Source: Ramazzottius varieornatus (lineage: Eukaryota > Animalia > Tardigrada). From it: a stretch of DNA of 64,000 bases. A program made the translations under genes and the position numbers. Position 1 is the stretch's first letter; the number at the start of each line of letters is the position of its first letter. This document shows, one piece after another, positions 30,601 through 42,639 of this stretch. The notes under the pieces are model-generated. The model was given only the letters and a program-made list of their open reading frames with translations. It made no database searches and had not been told where the DNA came from. Location: positions 1,973,249-2,037,248 of the forward strand of contig BDGG01000005.1 in assembly GCA_001949185.1 (NCBI GenBank). The letters run 5' to 3'.

Positions 30601-32845
30601 AGTGAAAAATCCTTTGGGAATTCGGCAAATAAATATAGTTTCACCCAAATCATTTCCGAAGTGGCTCAGTCATTCAGCCGAATCCAACAGAAAAGTGCGC
30701 CGCTTAGAGTGATGGTCTGGGTGATACCATTTGCCGACCTCCCATTTCTCGAATTTTTAAATTAACTATCAATTTTTAAAATGACGATCTTTTTCACCGA
30801 CAGATGTACAGCAGTCGTTGTTCCACCTTATTCGGTCCATCGAAACCAACTTCATCCCGACCGAACGTCGCGATGTTTTCTGCCATCCCTACCAGCCCCT
30901 GAAACCCTCCGAGTTCTTTGACCGTCTCACCATAGCCACCTACCTCATGGAAATGGACAAGCAAGTCTTTAACCACCGCCAGAAGATTCTTATGCGTCGC
31001 TTAGCCGGTCAGGAGGACGTCAAAGCCATCCTCACGCCCACTCTGACTAAGACATGGTCCATGGCCGGCCAACCACTGAAACACATCATCGAGACGCGCA
31101 TATTCCCTTTGGCTGCTCGGTTCAAGAGCCGGATCTTCGATGATCCGAAGAAAAGCCATATCATGTTTCGATATGTTGTCCAGCTGTACAGAATGTATCG
31201 GTACACTAATGAGCTGTACGCCGGACAGGAAGAAGTGGTACCGGAGGGCTTGACGTTGGAGACGATTTGTACCATGCTGAAGGACGCGAAGATCATGGGG
31301 TTGAAAGGGATTAGTTCGAGTGAGGTGCTAAAGTTGTGTGCGGCGGATTTTCCGGAGATGAGGGAAGGAAAGAATAGCTTCACGTTGGCTGTTCCTGTGA
31401 CCTTCTTGGAGTTCGTCGAGTTGTTGATCAGCGTGGCGTTGTCGTATAATGGGAGCTTCAAGTCGGCTGAGGAAACGAGACCTGTTCATATGAGAAAAGA
31501 ACCGTCTTACAAAGGTCAGATATTTAGCAACAGAACTGATCTACGTTTGCAAAAACGTAACTATAAAATATTTGAAAGCTCGATCGGCAAGTAAACTTGA
31601 GAAAATAGCGGGTGGCGCAAAATATCAAGAGCGTGCGCCACTCGGCAGAACAGACATGTCGAGTTCTCGAGTGCCGCACGTTTGCAATGTTTTTGCTGGT
31701 GGAATGCGCCACTTGGTAACCGATCTTGTCGAGTTTGTTTTCCGAGCTCCATTTTTTCGTTTTCTTTTGATTACTATTGCGATAGTTTTTAGATTAACTG
31801 CCGATAGGAATCCCGAATGATTTTTTTGTTTTCCGTAGGTCGTTTGCTGGACGCGGTGGACAGTCTACTTCTTACCGCACAGAAGAGCCCTTTCCTCCGG
31901 AAGAACAACGACGGTCCCCGGAGCGATTTCGATCCAGAGTTCTTCGCCATGTTACGTGGAGTTAACCTGCCCGTGACGAACGCCATGAGTAACGGCGATG
32001 CAGGAGACGCACCGTCCGCTGGGCACGCGGAGGAATCTGGTCATGAGCTGGGTCTGCCAGGTGGCAGCAGCTTCGATGAGATACTCGCACGGTTGGAGCG
32101 TCTGATGGACATGAAGGAGGATGATGCTTCTGGTGACAGAAAGATCGAGCTTTTCGAAGAGAAAGAACCAACGGTCTATCCTCCGAAAGATCCAACTGAA
32201 TACGAATACGCAGATGCGTCCATGCCGGATGGAAGCCAGTTCACAGGTGAATTAAAATATTGTAATTAGTCGTGAAAGGACCTCGCATGTTAATATTAAA
32301 CTTGGCGTGGCTAAAACGGGAGAGGTATCAAAAATTCATTGCACATATATTTTTGTGTCAGACTCGATGTATGATGATGTGAAACGAAGCAGTAGTACGG
32401 TCCAAGTACCACAATCTTTTTGCCAGGGTACACGATCGACTATACATCCTCGAAATGGACCTCTAACAAGTCCTTTTTGTCGGTCGGCAAAGATGGTTGT
32501 CCATTGCCCTTCTCCGCCGCGCCAGTCAGCAGTTCCCCGCCCTTTCGGCAGCAGAAGGATCATCCGCGACCTCCCGAGCCCTACGAGCTGCCGAGTTTTG
32601 TTTTCGATACGAACTCGACTTCCTCGCTGAAACCATCGGAACCAGTTTCTCTGCTGACATCTTGGGAAAGTCAGCTCGTGCCGTTTTTTGAGCAAATCCT
32701 CTTTCCAAAAATGATACTGTTCAAGCGCACAAACGACTCATTGATACAGAACGGGTTACTGAAGCCTTTGAAGGTCTTTGCGGAAGATGACGTACTTTGC
32801 GAGGATATCGCTGAGCGTCTTTTGCACGGCAGGATCGATACTTAA
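27673..32845 (+). CDS. RSPH10B: MORN-repeat protein, radial spoke head 10 homolog B-like; many exons
   Basis: Multiple MORN repeats (GIFRWSDGSVYEGNLQNGMRNGYG, YYGNFRNGLIDGYGVFTESDGTCYKGSWSEGKKNGK) followed by DNVYVMRAFQYWQFLVDV and TFLEFVELL; start and end approximate. Confidence 0.72.
28305..28418. repeat. Family P copy (RSPH10B intron)
   Basis: aactcgacaagattgttttcccaagtgacgcac-N25-gtgcgccac. Confidence 0.85.
29209..29317. repeat. Family P copy (RSPH10B intron)
   Basis: AAGTGGCGCAC-N24-GTGGGCCACTT. Confidence 0.75.
29344..29831. mobile_element. Tc1/mariner-like MITE (~490 bp) in an RSPH10B intron
   Basis: TIRs caggagttgcactttacgcagatggtttgaacaaacga versus right-end reverse complement gagaagttccactttgcgcagatggtttgaacaaacga; TA on both flanks. 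Confidence 0.75.
30623..30743. repeat. Family P copy, degenerate (RSPH10B intron)
   Basis: AAGTGGCTCAG...GTGCGCCGCTT with cggcaaat/atttgccg arms. Confidence 0.65.
31575..31751. repeat. Family P compound copy (RSPH10B intron)
   Basis: Two cores within one pair of outer arms ending gatcttgtcgagtttgttttccgagctcc. Confidence 0.75.
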
Positions 32846-33325
32846 CTTGGACAACGTCAGAATGCATGAAAATTTTCAACAAGTTTCGTAATAGTTTTCA
32901 TAGTATGGTTGTTCGTCGACGCTTTTCAGCATGACGATGCTCTTTTCACCCGCAATAGTACTTTAGACGTTACCGTATCTCGTGTCTGTTGACCGTGTTA
33001 TTGACCGTCTGTAGATTGTTGTCTGAGGAGCGGAAGTGGCACCATGATGTTGATGTAAGATGAGATGTGAAAGATTCAAACCAAGCATCCACTGGTCAGC
33101 AAACTCGGCAATGTACAATTGCGATAGAATGAAAAGTCAGCAAAACAAATCATGTAATCGAGATAGGAAAATAAGAAACGTGAAGCCATGTGGTGCAATG
33201 AAGGAAACGAATCAACCGCTAAGCGGCTAAAATATATAAGCTTTCATGCACCTACCGAGATAGATTTACCCGCTTTAACTCGTGTTAAACTTTGTGCAAC
33301 TCTTCGTCGAAGAGCCGACCGGAAA

Positions 33326-35851
33326 ATGGTTAGCGGAAGTACGGTTAACGTTATTAGGAAGCATGTTTTACTGATTACTTTCCCGGCATACGGCCACATT
33401 ATTCCGATTCTCGAACTGGCCAAGAGAATGGCCAGGTCCCATGAGGTGACGTTTGCCGTGTCTGAATGCAAGGTGGAGGATATCAAGAAAAGGGAGCTCT
33501 TCAGCGTCGACCAAGAAAACAAGGTGCGGCTTTACGGAATAAAAGATGGTCTTGACTGTCACCTCGACGATCCGTCGGACCCTGTGGCGATTCGCAAGGT
33601 CTTCAAGCATGTCTTATCCTCTGTCCAAATACTCATGGACAGAATGCCGACTAGGAACTCCGCCGTGGCGGCTACTGGAACGGTAAGCAATCGGCCAGAG
33701 GAAAAAAATAGCAGCTGCATTTTTCCGGTAGTTATTCGCTCTTTTCGTTTTTCGTAATGAGTATTCGTCAGATCTGTTTTCTCGATTATCGAACATTTTT
33801 CTACTGGTTAACTTGTTAAATCTCGGATAAGTTCTCGTTGACGATAACTTTTTTCAGCAGGACGCTGAAAAGATCGACGAGCCCGTTGATATCGTCATCG
33901 CGGATGGCTTTGTTGGCGGACCCGTTTCCACCTGTCGTTCCCGCGGTATCCCCTTTTATCTCTTCAACACAGCTGCCGCCCATCTCACCCAAGTCTTCCT
34001 TAGTCTGGACCGTGATCGAGACCTCATCCCACCCGACGAGAACACCGGACCGGTCTGTTTCCAGCAGCGCTTCGGACCCAACGTCGTCATGGACCCTCTG
34101 TTAGAGAAGCTGAAAGACCTCCTCCTTCCGATCACCGACACTATCCATCTCGCTACCGGCCTCATCGTCAACTCCTTCCGCGAGATCGAAGAGAAGGTCA
34201 TGAAAGAACTCTCTCAACATCCTTCGATGGCCAACGTCAAACTGTACTGTGTCGGGCCTTTCTTGTCGGAAGAAACAACCGCTAGTAAAAATAAGACGGT
34301 TGAAATCCAGGTCGACCGATGGTTATCGCAGAAGAGAGAACGTGAAGTTGTCTACGTGTCGCATGGGTCTGTTGCGGTTCCATCGCCCGGAGAGATCAAC
34401 GAGATAGGTCTGGGCTTGTTGGAGCTGAAGAAACCTTTCATCTGGTCTCTTCGCCGACAACACCACACCCATCTGCCGAAAGAACTCCAGGCACGGATTA
34501 GCCAACAGTTCTCCAGTCCGGATAGTCAGTTTCTGATCCTCACATGGGCTCCTCAGAAACTGATATTGTCCCACCCGGCTGTCGCTGTTTTTCTTAGTCA
34601 CTGCGGATGGAATAGTACGCTGGAAGGACTATCCGCGGGCAAACCGATCGTTGGATGGCCAATGTAAATACCCTGGGGGTTCAATAAGTTTTGAAGCTGC
34701 GCTCACCAGAAATCTTGTGGTCATTCGCTCTCTGCAAATTTTTGGGTAAACTGAGAGCCACTTATGGGCAATACTATAAAATTAGAGCCACGGCTGGGAA
34801 TTCATTCGTTGAAAAAATTGTGTAAGGGACATGTGGAAGGTTTCTTAGGAGTCCACGCTCTTGAAGAAATTATGTAGTTGCTTCCCCATTGTACGTTTGG
34901 GTCTGACTCGAGCACTGGACGAAAGAGGCATGTCTAGTGCCTAGTTTGTGCAGAAGGAAGTCAAGCCGGACCGCTGTCGAGACTCGAGAAAAAAAGTTAT
35001 ATTTCCTACAAAGCAAGAGTGCGTAAGTGAAACGGGGTGAATCCATCTAGTGCTCCACCGGATCACCAGGTGGATTTTGTGAACTTTCTGTGTTCTTCAG
35101 CGCGTTTCTATTTCGGATGAAAGTTTGTTCTCACTCTTCATACCCCAGTTGCTGTTTGTTGAAGCGCTAAAAAATTATCTATCCCAAAATTCTCGAAAAA
35201 CAATATTTCTACCATGTGCGTGGATAAGGTGAGGTTAACATGAAACAATGCGCGAGTTTACGAAGAAAATCGAAATTTTTATTTGCACCTTTCCAAAAAA
35301 GTTATTTCTCGTTCTGTACGAATGCCAGGTATCTCATGTTTTGACGATAGTGGTCAGAAGAGATGGTTTTCCCTTAACAGCGTTCTCTAGAAAATAATAG
35401 CACTTTCAGGTGGTCTGTGCCTTAAATCTAATTGAACCCTCTATGTACCTAGATAAGGGTTGATTCGAGAGGCTATGCGATATATCATAAACAGATTTCG
35501 CGAAATCAAAATCTTCCTAGTTTCTGACTTAATCATGGTTTCTGTCGCTTGCTGCACGTGATGTGTTTTGCTTTCAGGTTTGCGGATCAGGAAATGGATG
35601 CCTTATTCGTGGAGGACATCGGTGCTGGTCTGATGATCAAAGGTACTGGGATCGTGCCCAAACGCACAGTTGCCGGAAGCGAAGTGGCTACCACCATAGC
35701 AAAAGTGGCTGGATGGGAAGAACCGGGTACATCAGGCATGAGCAAAGTGAGCTTCACCGCCGAAGCTGAAGCATGGGGCAAGAAAATCAACTACGCTCTG
35801 GGACAGGATGGAAGTTCCACCAAAGAGTTCCTCGAATTAGTCCAGTTCTGA
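33326..35851 (+). CDS. UDP-glycosyltransferase 1 (GT1, plant/fungal-type PSPG box); introns 33683-33860 and 34664-35577
   Basis: FPAYGHIIP catalytic His; VVYVSHGS; WAPQKLILSHPAVAVFLSHCGWNSTLEGLSAGKPIVGWPM|FADQ. Confidence 0.92.
34671..35445. mobile_element. Degenerate TA-flanked Tc1/mariner-like non-autonomous element in UGT1 intron 2
   Basis: ta|ccctgggggttcaataagttttgaag versus right-end reverse complement ta|catagagggttcaattagatttaagg; explains why this intron is much longer than its paralogues. Confidence 0.55.
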
Positions 35852-36524
35852 AATTCAGCTTCACTTGCGAGTTTATCATTATTCGATTGCTTTCTGTATT
35901 ATCTTTTTTACATCCTTTTACTGTATAATGTGATGGTGTTCCACGGTACCCCGATCTTCAGCTGGCTTTGTTGTCACCATAAGGTCTGGATACCACAGTC
36001 GGCGCCACTTTTGCCGATTTTTGTTGCTGTTGCGTTATCAGAGGAACTTTGCTCTGGCGGACGGATTCCCAGATCAACGCAGCAAATCAGTCATAAACCT
36101 TGTCGCTATAAAGTGCTGCATCGGTAATTCTCTTGATGCAACAGGTGTCACAAATTTCAGTCTTCGGCTTCATTAGTCAAGTGTTTGAATTTACGAATTG
36201 GATTTAGAAACTAATATAGGACAGATCCGGTTAAAAACAAAAAACATAATCGCACGCCTCGGGAGCCATTCGAATCTAGATGGCGGTGAAAACCGCGATG
36301 TGGCCATAACCCTAATCTTTCCTGCTCGATAAATAGGTTATGGATGATTTCCTACGGAATTCTCCACAGCACGGTGGTTTATACTCAGCGCGTTTACGAT
36401 AAGCAAAGCGGCCCAACTTGAGATCTGCTTCAGCAACCTTGAAACCGTCCTCGCCACCCAAATTTGTCTTGTTTTACATCACTCCCCCCTTTGGTTCCGG
36501 ATCCGAAAAGACTACTATTAATCA

Positions 36525-38299
36525 ATGATGAATGTTCAGGAGAAGCATATACTGTTCATCAGTGTCCCGGCGTACGGTCATGTCATCCCACTGCTGGAAC
36601 TGGCTCGCAAAGTCAGTAAATTTCATCAAGTAACGTTTGCCGTGTCGGCAAAGATGGTGGGAGACCTGCCGGAACGAGAACTGTTCGACGAGAAGGTTGA
36701 CAGCCGAATCACCATGTACCCGATCGCAGATGGTGTCGAAACTGCTATGGAGGGCCCGGCTAACAAAGACATATTCAAGAAAGTCATGCCGATGATTTTT
36801 AGAGGCATCATGAAACTGGTGCACAGTATTCCGATCAGCAACGATCCGTCCTTTGTCTCTGAACTGAAGGACCTCACCCGACCAGTGGACGGAATAATCA
36901 CGGACAATTTTATTGGCACGGGGGCGGGAGCTATGACTCAGCGAAAAATTCCGTTGTACTTGTTCAGCTCCGGTCCCGTATCCTTCACATGGGTCATTCT
37001 CTCGGTCCACGCGGAAATGGCAACTGGAAACATGGATGACCTCGACGGTTTTATGGAGGTATTTCGCACCCAACTGGGAGCTCGCGCGGCAAACAAACTC
37101 GACCAAGTGGCCCAAGTCGTTCTCCCAAGTAGCGCACGCTTTTATCAGATATCACTGTGAACGTGGGTCACCACTTGGCAAATCAACCTGGTCGAGCTTT
37201 GCCGAGCTTCCAATTAAAATATCTAGGGTCAACCGATTAAACATATCTCCGCTTTATAAGGTTCCCGATGAGGAAGGAAATTTTAAGAAGACGGTGCCGG
37301 CCGAACTGCTGCATAGCCTTCTGCTCCCCGTGCAGAAAATTCTACCCCAGTGCCATGCGGTGATAGTTAACAGCGTCTGCGATCTGGAGAGCGAAATGAT
37401 CAGAAGATGCAAGAGTAAACCAGGTATGCAAAATGTTCCTTTTTTCTGTATCGGTCCCATACTACCCGAGACGAAGAAAGCAGCCGCCGCCAACGCTACC
37501 ATCGAGCAGAAGGTGTCCACATGGCTGGATGGGAAGGACCCGGAATCTGTCGTGTACATCTCGTTTGGAAGTGTGGTCAAGACAAACCAGGCTCAGGTGG
37601 AAGCAATAGCTGGAGCGATCAAGCAGCTTGATCAGCCAGCGATTTGGTCCCTGAAGGCGAGCGACCAACAGTACGTGCCGGAAGACTTGAAGAGCGCAAC
37701 CAACATGGACGACCCGAGCAGCAAGGTCTTGATCTTGACATGGGCGCCGCAGAAGACGATCTTGTCACATGGGAGTATGGGGGTATTTGTCAGTCACTGC
37801 GGATGGAACAGCACGATGGAGGGTTTAGCGGCAGGAAAACCTATTGTCGGTTGGCCTCAGTGAGCAAGTCGTCCATGCGAATTGGAAAACAATCTCGGCC
37901 AAATCATTATTTCAAGTGGCGCACACTTCCAGCTAATATCGCTGATAATTTGCGCCACTTGCGCATACGACCTGGTCGAGGTTCTTTTGCCGAGCTTCTT
38001 ACATTCGTGCAGCGATGGTCAAATTGTGAATAACTTTCTATTCAAGGTTCGCTGATCAAAACATCAATGCTGAGTTTGTGGCCGAACATAATGCTGGAGA
38101 CGTCATACGCAACGCCGGAAGCCACAAAGGTGCCAGAATGGTACCGCCAAAGGAAATCATTAGCATGATAAAGAATGTCCAGAAGAACAATACGGAAGGG
38201 GCGCGAACCTTTGCGCAAAAACTTCACGCAGCGTTGCAGCCGGATGGTTCATCGAGCAAACAGTTCGCAGAGCTCGTGTCTTATATCGCAAGCACTTAA
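36525..38299 (+). CDS. UDP-glycosyltransferase 2 (GT1); introns 37059-37260 and 37860-38046
   Basis: PAYGHVIP; VVYISFGS; WAPQ...HCGWNSTMEG...GWPQ|FADQ. Confidence 0.92.
37075..37212. repeat. Family P copy (UGT2 intron 1)
   Basis: tgggagctc...aaactcgaccaag...caagtagcgcac...accacttgg...tggtcgagctttgccgagcttcca. Confidence 0.8.
37883..37998. repeat. Family P copy (UGT2 intron 2)
   Basis: CAAGTGGCGCAC-N25-TTGCGCCACTTG. Confidence 0.85.
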
Positions 38300-38582
38300 A
38301 ATCCTGTAGACAATACGCGTTCTGTGCAGTTAATCCTGTGCACCAGAGAATTTGGAGCTGATATCTTCATTCTTGGTGGTGCTATGTCGGCAGCAATGTG
38401 GTCGATTCGAGGATGAAATTAGTTTACAGACGCTCGATCAAATGATCGAAAACTGTCCTGTTGGCTTACGTACCGCATACAGAAAAAGAAAGACGGCTCT
38501 TCTTCGATTCGTGACTTTACTGATGCAAGGGCGAGGTTCACAAAGTGGATATTTTCAGAAAACTGTGGAACCGGCGAAAAAG

Positions 38583-38702
38583 AAGCCTGCAACACCCGGT
38601 GTTCCCAAGCGGTCACCCATCTAAGTACTAACCGGGCCCGACGTAGCTTATCTTCCGAGATCGAACGGGATCGGGAGCATTCTACGTGGTATGGTCGCAG
38701 CC
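38583..38702 (-). rRNA. 5S: 5S rRNA gene, solitary copy
   Basis: Reverse complement GGCTGCGACCATACCACGTAGAATGCTCCCGATCCCGTTCGATCTCGGAAGATAAGC...GGTTAGTACTTAGATGGGTGACCGCTTGGGAACACCGGGTGTTGCAGGCTT, followed by a T-run Pol III terminator. Confidence 0.95.
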
Positions 38703-39422
38703 GAAAGTTAACGAATTTGAATCGCAGAACCGTGTCCGCTTCGCTCACTGCACAAATTAGCCGAAACCTGATGTAGAATCAGAGGCCATCTCAGCTGCCA
38801 ACAGACGACAACAAAGTCGCCCGAGTCAAGTCAGGAAGGGCTTTCCAGAATAGATATTTCATAAAAAAGTTGGAAATCTTATAACATTCGTGTCGGCTAT
38901 CGGCGATGGTAGTGTGCCATTGTACTGATGTAGAAGAACCTGTTGACGCGTATGCAGGTCAAGGTTCCGGAATCCCCATCCTAAGGTTCCGAAGTCCTAG
39001 TCGCAAACACTAATCAGCACGGTATGTGCTCGTATCTATGGCATGGCTACCCGCGGAAGGCAAATGATATTGCAGGGCCTAAAGCACCATGACAAAGCGT
39101 TATCTTATCGGTCCTTTTACTAGAAAAGCTAAATCTTTTCTGGCTCAAGAGAGTATCAATTTCCTTGAAATAGCTGTTCAACAACATACGGAACTGATAA
39201 CGTAGTCAACAGCTGTCATGTTTCAGACGATACAAGATCAAGAGTTCTGTTCGAAACCCCATCTTTTGAGGCCAGACAAAATTGCCTGCGCAGCGTATTT
39301 TCTGCCGGAGTTTTCGAAGCTCTAAGTATCATCTTTGCTTTCGGCAGCGAATCTAAACGTACATCTCGTAAGCTTTCACATTTCTTTTCAACCTCCATTT
39401 TCCCGTGGCGAAAAATTTCAAC

Positions 39423-41223
39423 ATGAAGAGCCAAGAGAAGCACCTGCTGTTCATCAGCATCCCGGCGTACGGTCACATCATTCCCCTGCTGGAGCTAGCC
39501 CGTAAAGTCAGCAAGTTCCATCAAGTAACGTTCGCCGTCTCAGCCAGAACCGTCGGAGACCTTCCCAAACGAGAGCTGTTCGACGCGACGGTCGACACCC
39601 GCATCAAGATGTACCCGATCCCGGATGGTATCGAGACGGCTATGGAGGACCCAAACGACCATGAACTGTTCAAGACGATGATGCCCATGATGTTTGGGGG
39701 TATTGTGAAAATGGTGGAGTTAATTCCCATCAGTAGCGAGCCATCTTCCGTGTCGGAATTGGGGGAATTCACCAGACCAGTGGATGGAGTCGTTTCCGAC
39801 AATTTCCTCGGACCCGCGGCCCGAACCTGCATCGAACGGAAGATTCCACTGTACTTATTCAACGCTTGTCCGGTATCGCTCACTTGGCTGATTTTATCGG
39901 TCCATCCGGACATGAAAACCGCACCCAAGCAGGAACTTGACGGCTTTGTCGAGGTAATCAATTTGGTTCTTGAAACCGTTTTCTCGATGGCCTTTCTTTA
40001 GAAAAAACAGTAGTTGGGAGCTCGACCAACAAACTCGAGTTATTCGACACGGTCGTTCGATCTCTGATACACGCCAGCCCCCCAGCCAATAAGCCGAAAA
40101 GGTGCGCCACTGGGCAACTCGGCCGGATTACTTTCGCAAGTGGCACACGTGCTCGGTGGTATTGGCTGAATCAGTGCGCCACTGGATCTGGCGATCTGGC
40201 CGACTCTGTTTGACGAGTTCCCGATTTACTCCAAACTTTTCGTGGGCTCAAATTTAGTCAATGAGAAAGGGCTTCACATCAACGTTTTGCGTCGATTTTG
40301 ACAGATGCCAGACGAACACGGAAATTTCAAAAAACCAATGCCGAAAGAGTTTCTGGACGACTTCATGCTGCCCGTCCAAAAGATTTTGCCAAAATGCCAC
40401 GCAGTGATTGTCAACAGCGTTCTGGAGCTAGAAAGCGAAGGGATTAAGAGATGTCAAAGTAAGCCAGGTATGAAGGACATGCCCTTCTTCTGCATTGGCC
40501 CTGTCTTGCCCGAGCCGAAACAGGGAAGTAACGCCAACGCGGTCGTTGAACAGAAGGTGACAAAATGGCTCGACACCAAAGATCCGGGATCGGTCGTGTA
40601 CATCTCCTTCGGAAGTGCCACTATGCCGAACAAGGATCAGGTGGCCGCGATTGCCGAAGCGATTAAACAGCTTGACCAGCCAGTGATTTGGTCTTTGAAG
40701 GCGAAGAGCCAACAGTACCTACCGGAAGAGCTGAAGAGGGCAACCAACATGGACAACCCTAACAGTAAGGTCTTGATTCTGACATGGGCGCCGCAGAAGA
40801 AGATCCTGTCACATGAAAGTGTGGGCGTATTCGTCAGCCATTGCGGATGGAACAGTACAATGGAAGGTTTATCTGGAGGGAAACCGATCGTTGGATGGCC
40901 TCAGTAAGCAAGCGAAGTCTAGATCAAATGAACGAAAAATGGTATGAATGCTCCTGGTTTTTTATCTTAGATTCGCCGAGCAGAACCTTAATGGAGAGTT
41001 TGTGGCCGAGAACAACGCGGGAGACGTCATACGAGACGCCGGAAGCCACAAAGGTTCCAGAGTGGTATCCTCACAAGAAATTGTCGACATCATAAAGAAG
41101 GTTCAGGAGAACAACGTAGAAGGAGCGCGAAAGTTTGGACTAAAGCTTCAAGCTGCACTACAGCCCAATGGGTCGTCGACAAAGGAATTCGAGAAGATGA
41201 TAGCTTTTATCGGAAGCAGTTGA
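39423..41223 (+). CDS. UDP-glycosyltransferase 3 (GT1); introns 39954-40304 and 40904-40970
   Basis: PAYGHIIP; VVYISFGS; WAPQ...HCGWNSTMEG...GWPQ|FAEQ. Confidence 0.92.
40015..40223. repeat. Family P compound copy (UGT3 intron 1)
   Basis: Two cores with opposite spacer orientation (ccaata / tattgg) inside tgggagctcg...cgagttccc arms. Confidence 0.75.
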
Positions 41224-42639
41224 GTCATGGATCCTGTAGAATCAGTGTAGAATGTGCAGTGCATTGTATGGTTTGATATTTTATTTTATTGATCAGTTAC
41301 GCTGGCGCTGATTTCACTTTTTGTTTTCGGCCACCACAAACTACTGATCACATGCGGCCGGCACAGATACACTACACCCCGTATTTGCTTCCTGACAACC
41401 CCCCGTTCTAAATCATCGGAAAAACAGCTGACAATGCTTGTCATGTCCGCAAGCAAAGCACCGGCAAAACCAAGCCCAGCTTTTGCCGGATGAGATTTGA
41501 CATTTCGCGCGCTTTTTCTCTGACTGTCCAAGCTTCGTGCACTGTCTCAAACGACCAGTTCCTGGGTGTGGGTATAACACTGGTCCAAAAGTATCAAATC
41601 CTCTAGCTTTCTTTTGGTGCCAGCCAGTGGTCCGTGACCAAACTTTGGCACCGGTAATCCAAGGTACGCCGCCAGAAGCAGCCTTACAGCCTCGGTCATG
41701 TCTCACAGGACTATCACAACAATTTAGAACTGGTAGTTGTACAGGAACACATTTGCGGGAGTACTGACAGATTTCGGTGGATCGCTGAACTCGCTGTAAA
41801 TCCGTGCGCCGATTATAACCGACAAGTACACCGCAAAAGGCTAAGAAAGAATACAGTGGTATTCTACTAATAAACGAAGTTGATCTAGGTCTAAACGGCA
41901 GATTATAAGCACGGAGCGGTAAAAAGAGCGGGCGACTCCTCCAGAAGGTAATAATAACGAGAAAGGGACAGTGGTCTTGACGATGTATTTCGGCCGTTCA
42001 ATAATGCCGGTAATCTTCACCTTCCATAAACTACCATCGAAGATTTTGTCGTAGAACGCCCTGTAAGAATAAACCCGAGAGCGGCAAAAGGGTCACGAGC
42101 AGATTATCATATCATGCCATTGTATTTTGTTTTTCACGATAATGAGCTTGACAAGACATCGGATTTGGCAGCGTGTACCGGCTTCTGAGTTCAACGAAAA
42201 TCAGTCACTTCTCATCATATCTGATTGGCGCTCGATCGATTTTCCCCCTGGCAGTACGGGGCTATAGTTAGGCCACAGTCCGTATTTCTTATAGTTTCTG
42301 TTATCTAAATATGGGGAGGCCAGAGGCTAGCAAACCAAACGCGCAAGATGGTATCTCGAGTGGCGCGTTTCCTCTGCTGACCTCCTTATCCGCATGGACA
42401 ACAGTTCATCGCAAGAAACCCGGGACCCCAAAGCCGGAAAAAACCGGAAGCATTTCCCCAGCCTGTTGTTAAACTTCCTCATGACTTGTATTAAGCTTCC
42501 TCATGACTTGTATTCAGAATTCACACTCGCTTGGCTGGATATCCCCGCAATCTCAAGTATATCTTCTTTCGCAGTGACTATTACTGGTTTTGGGTTGTGC
42601 CAGATATAGTCACCCCAAAACACTGTTCGCCAAATCATC

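Noticed and set aside
42474-42514. 19-bp direct repeat cttcctcatgacttgtatt upstream of UGT4, and a 16-bp repeat near 63878-63914
   Set aside because: Simple local slippage duplications with no further support for function
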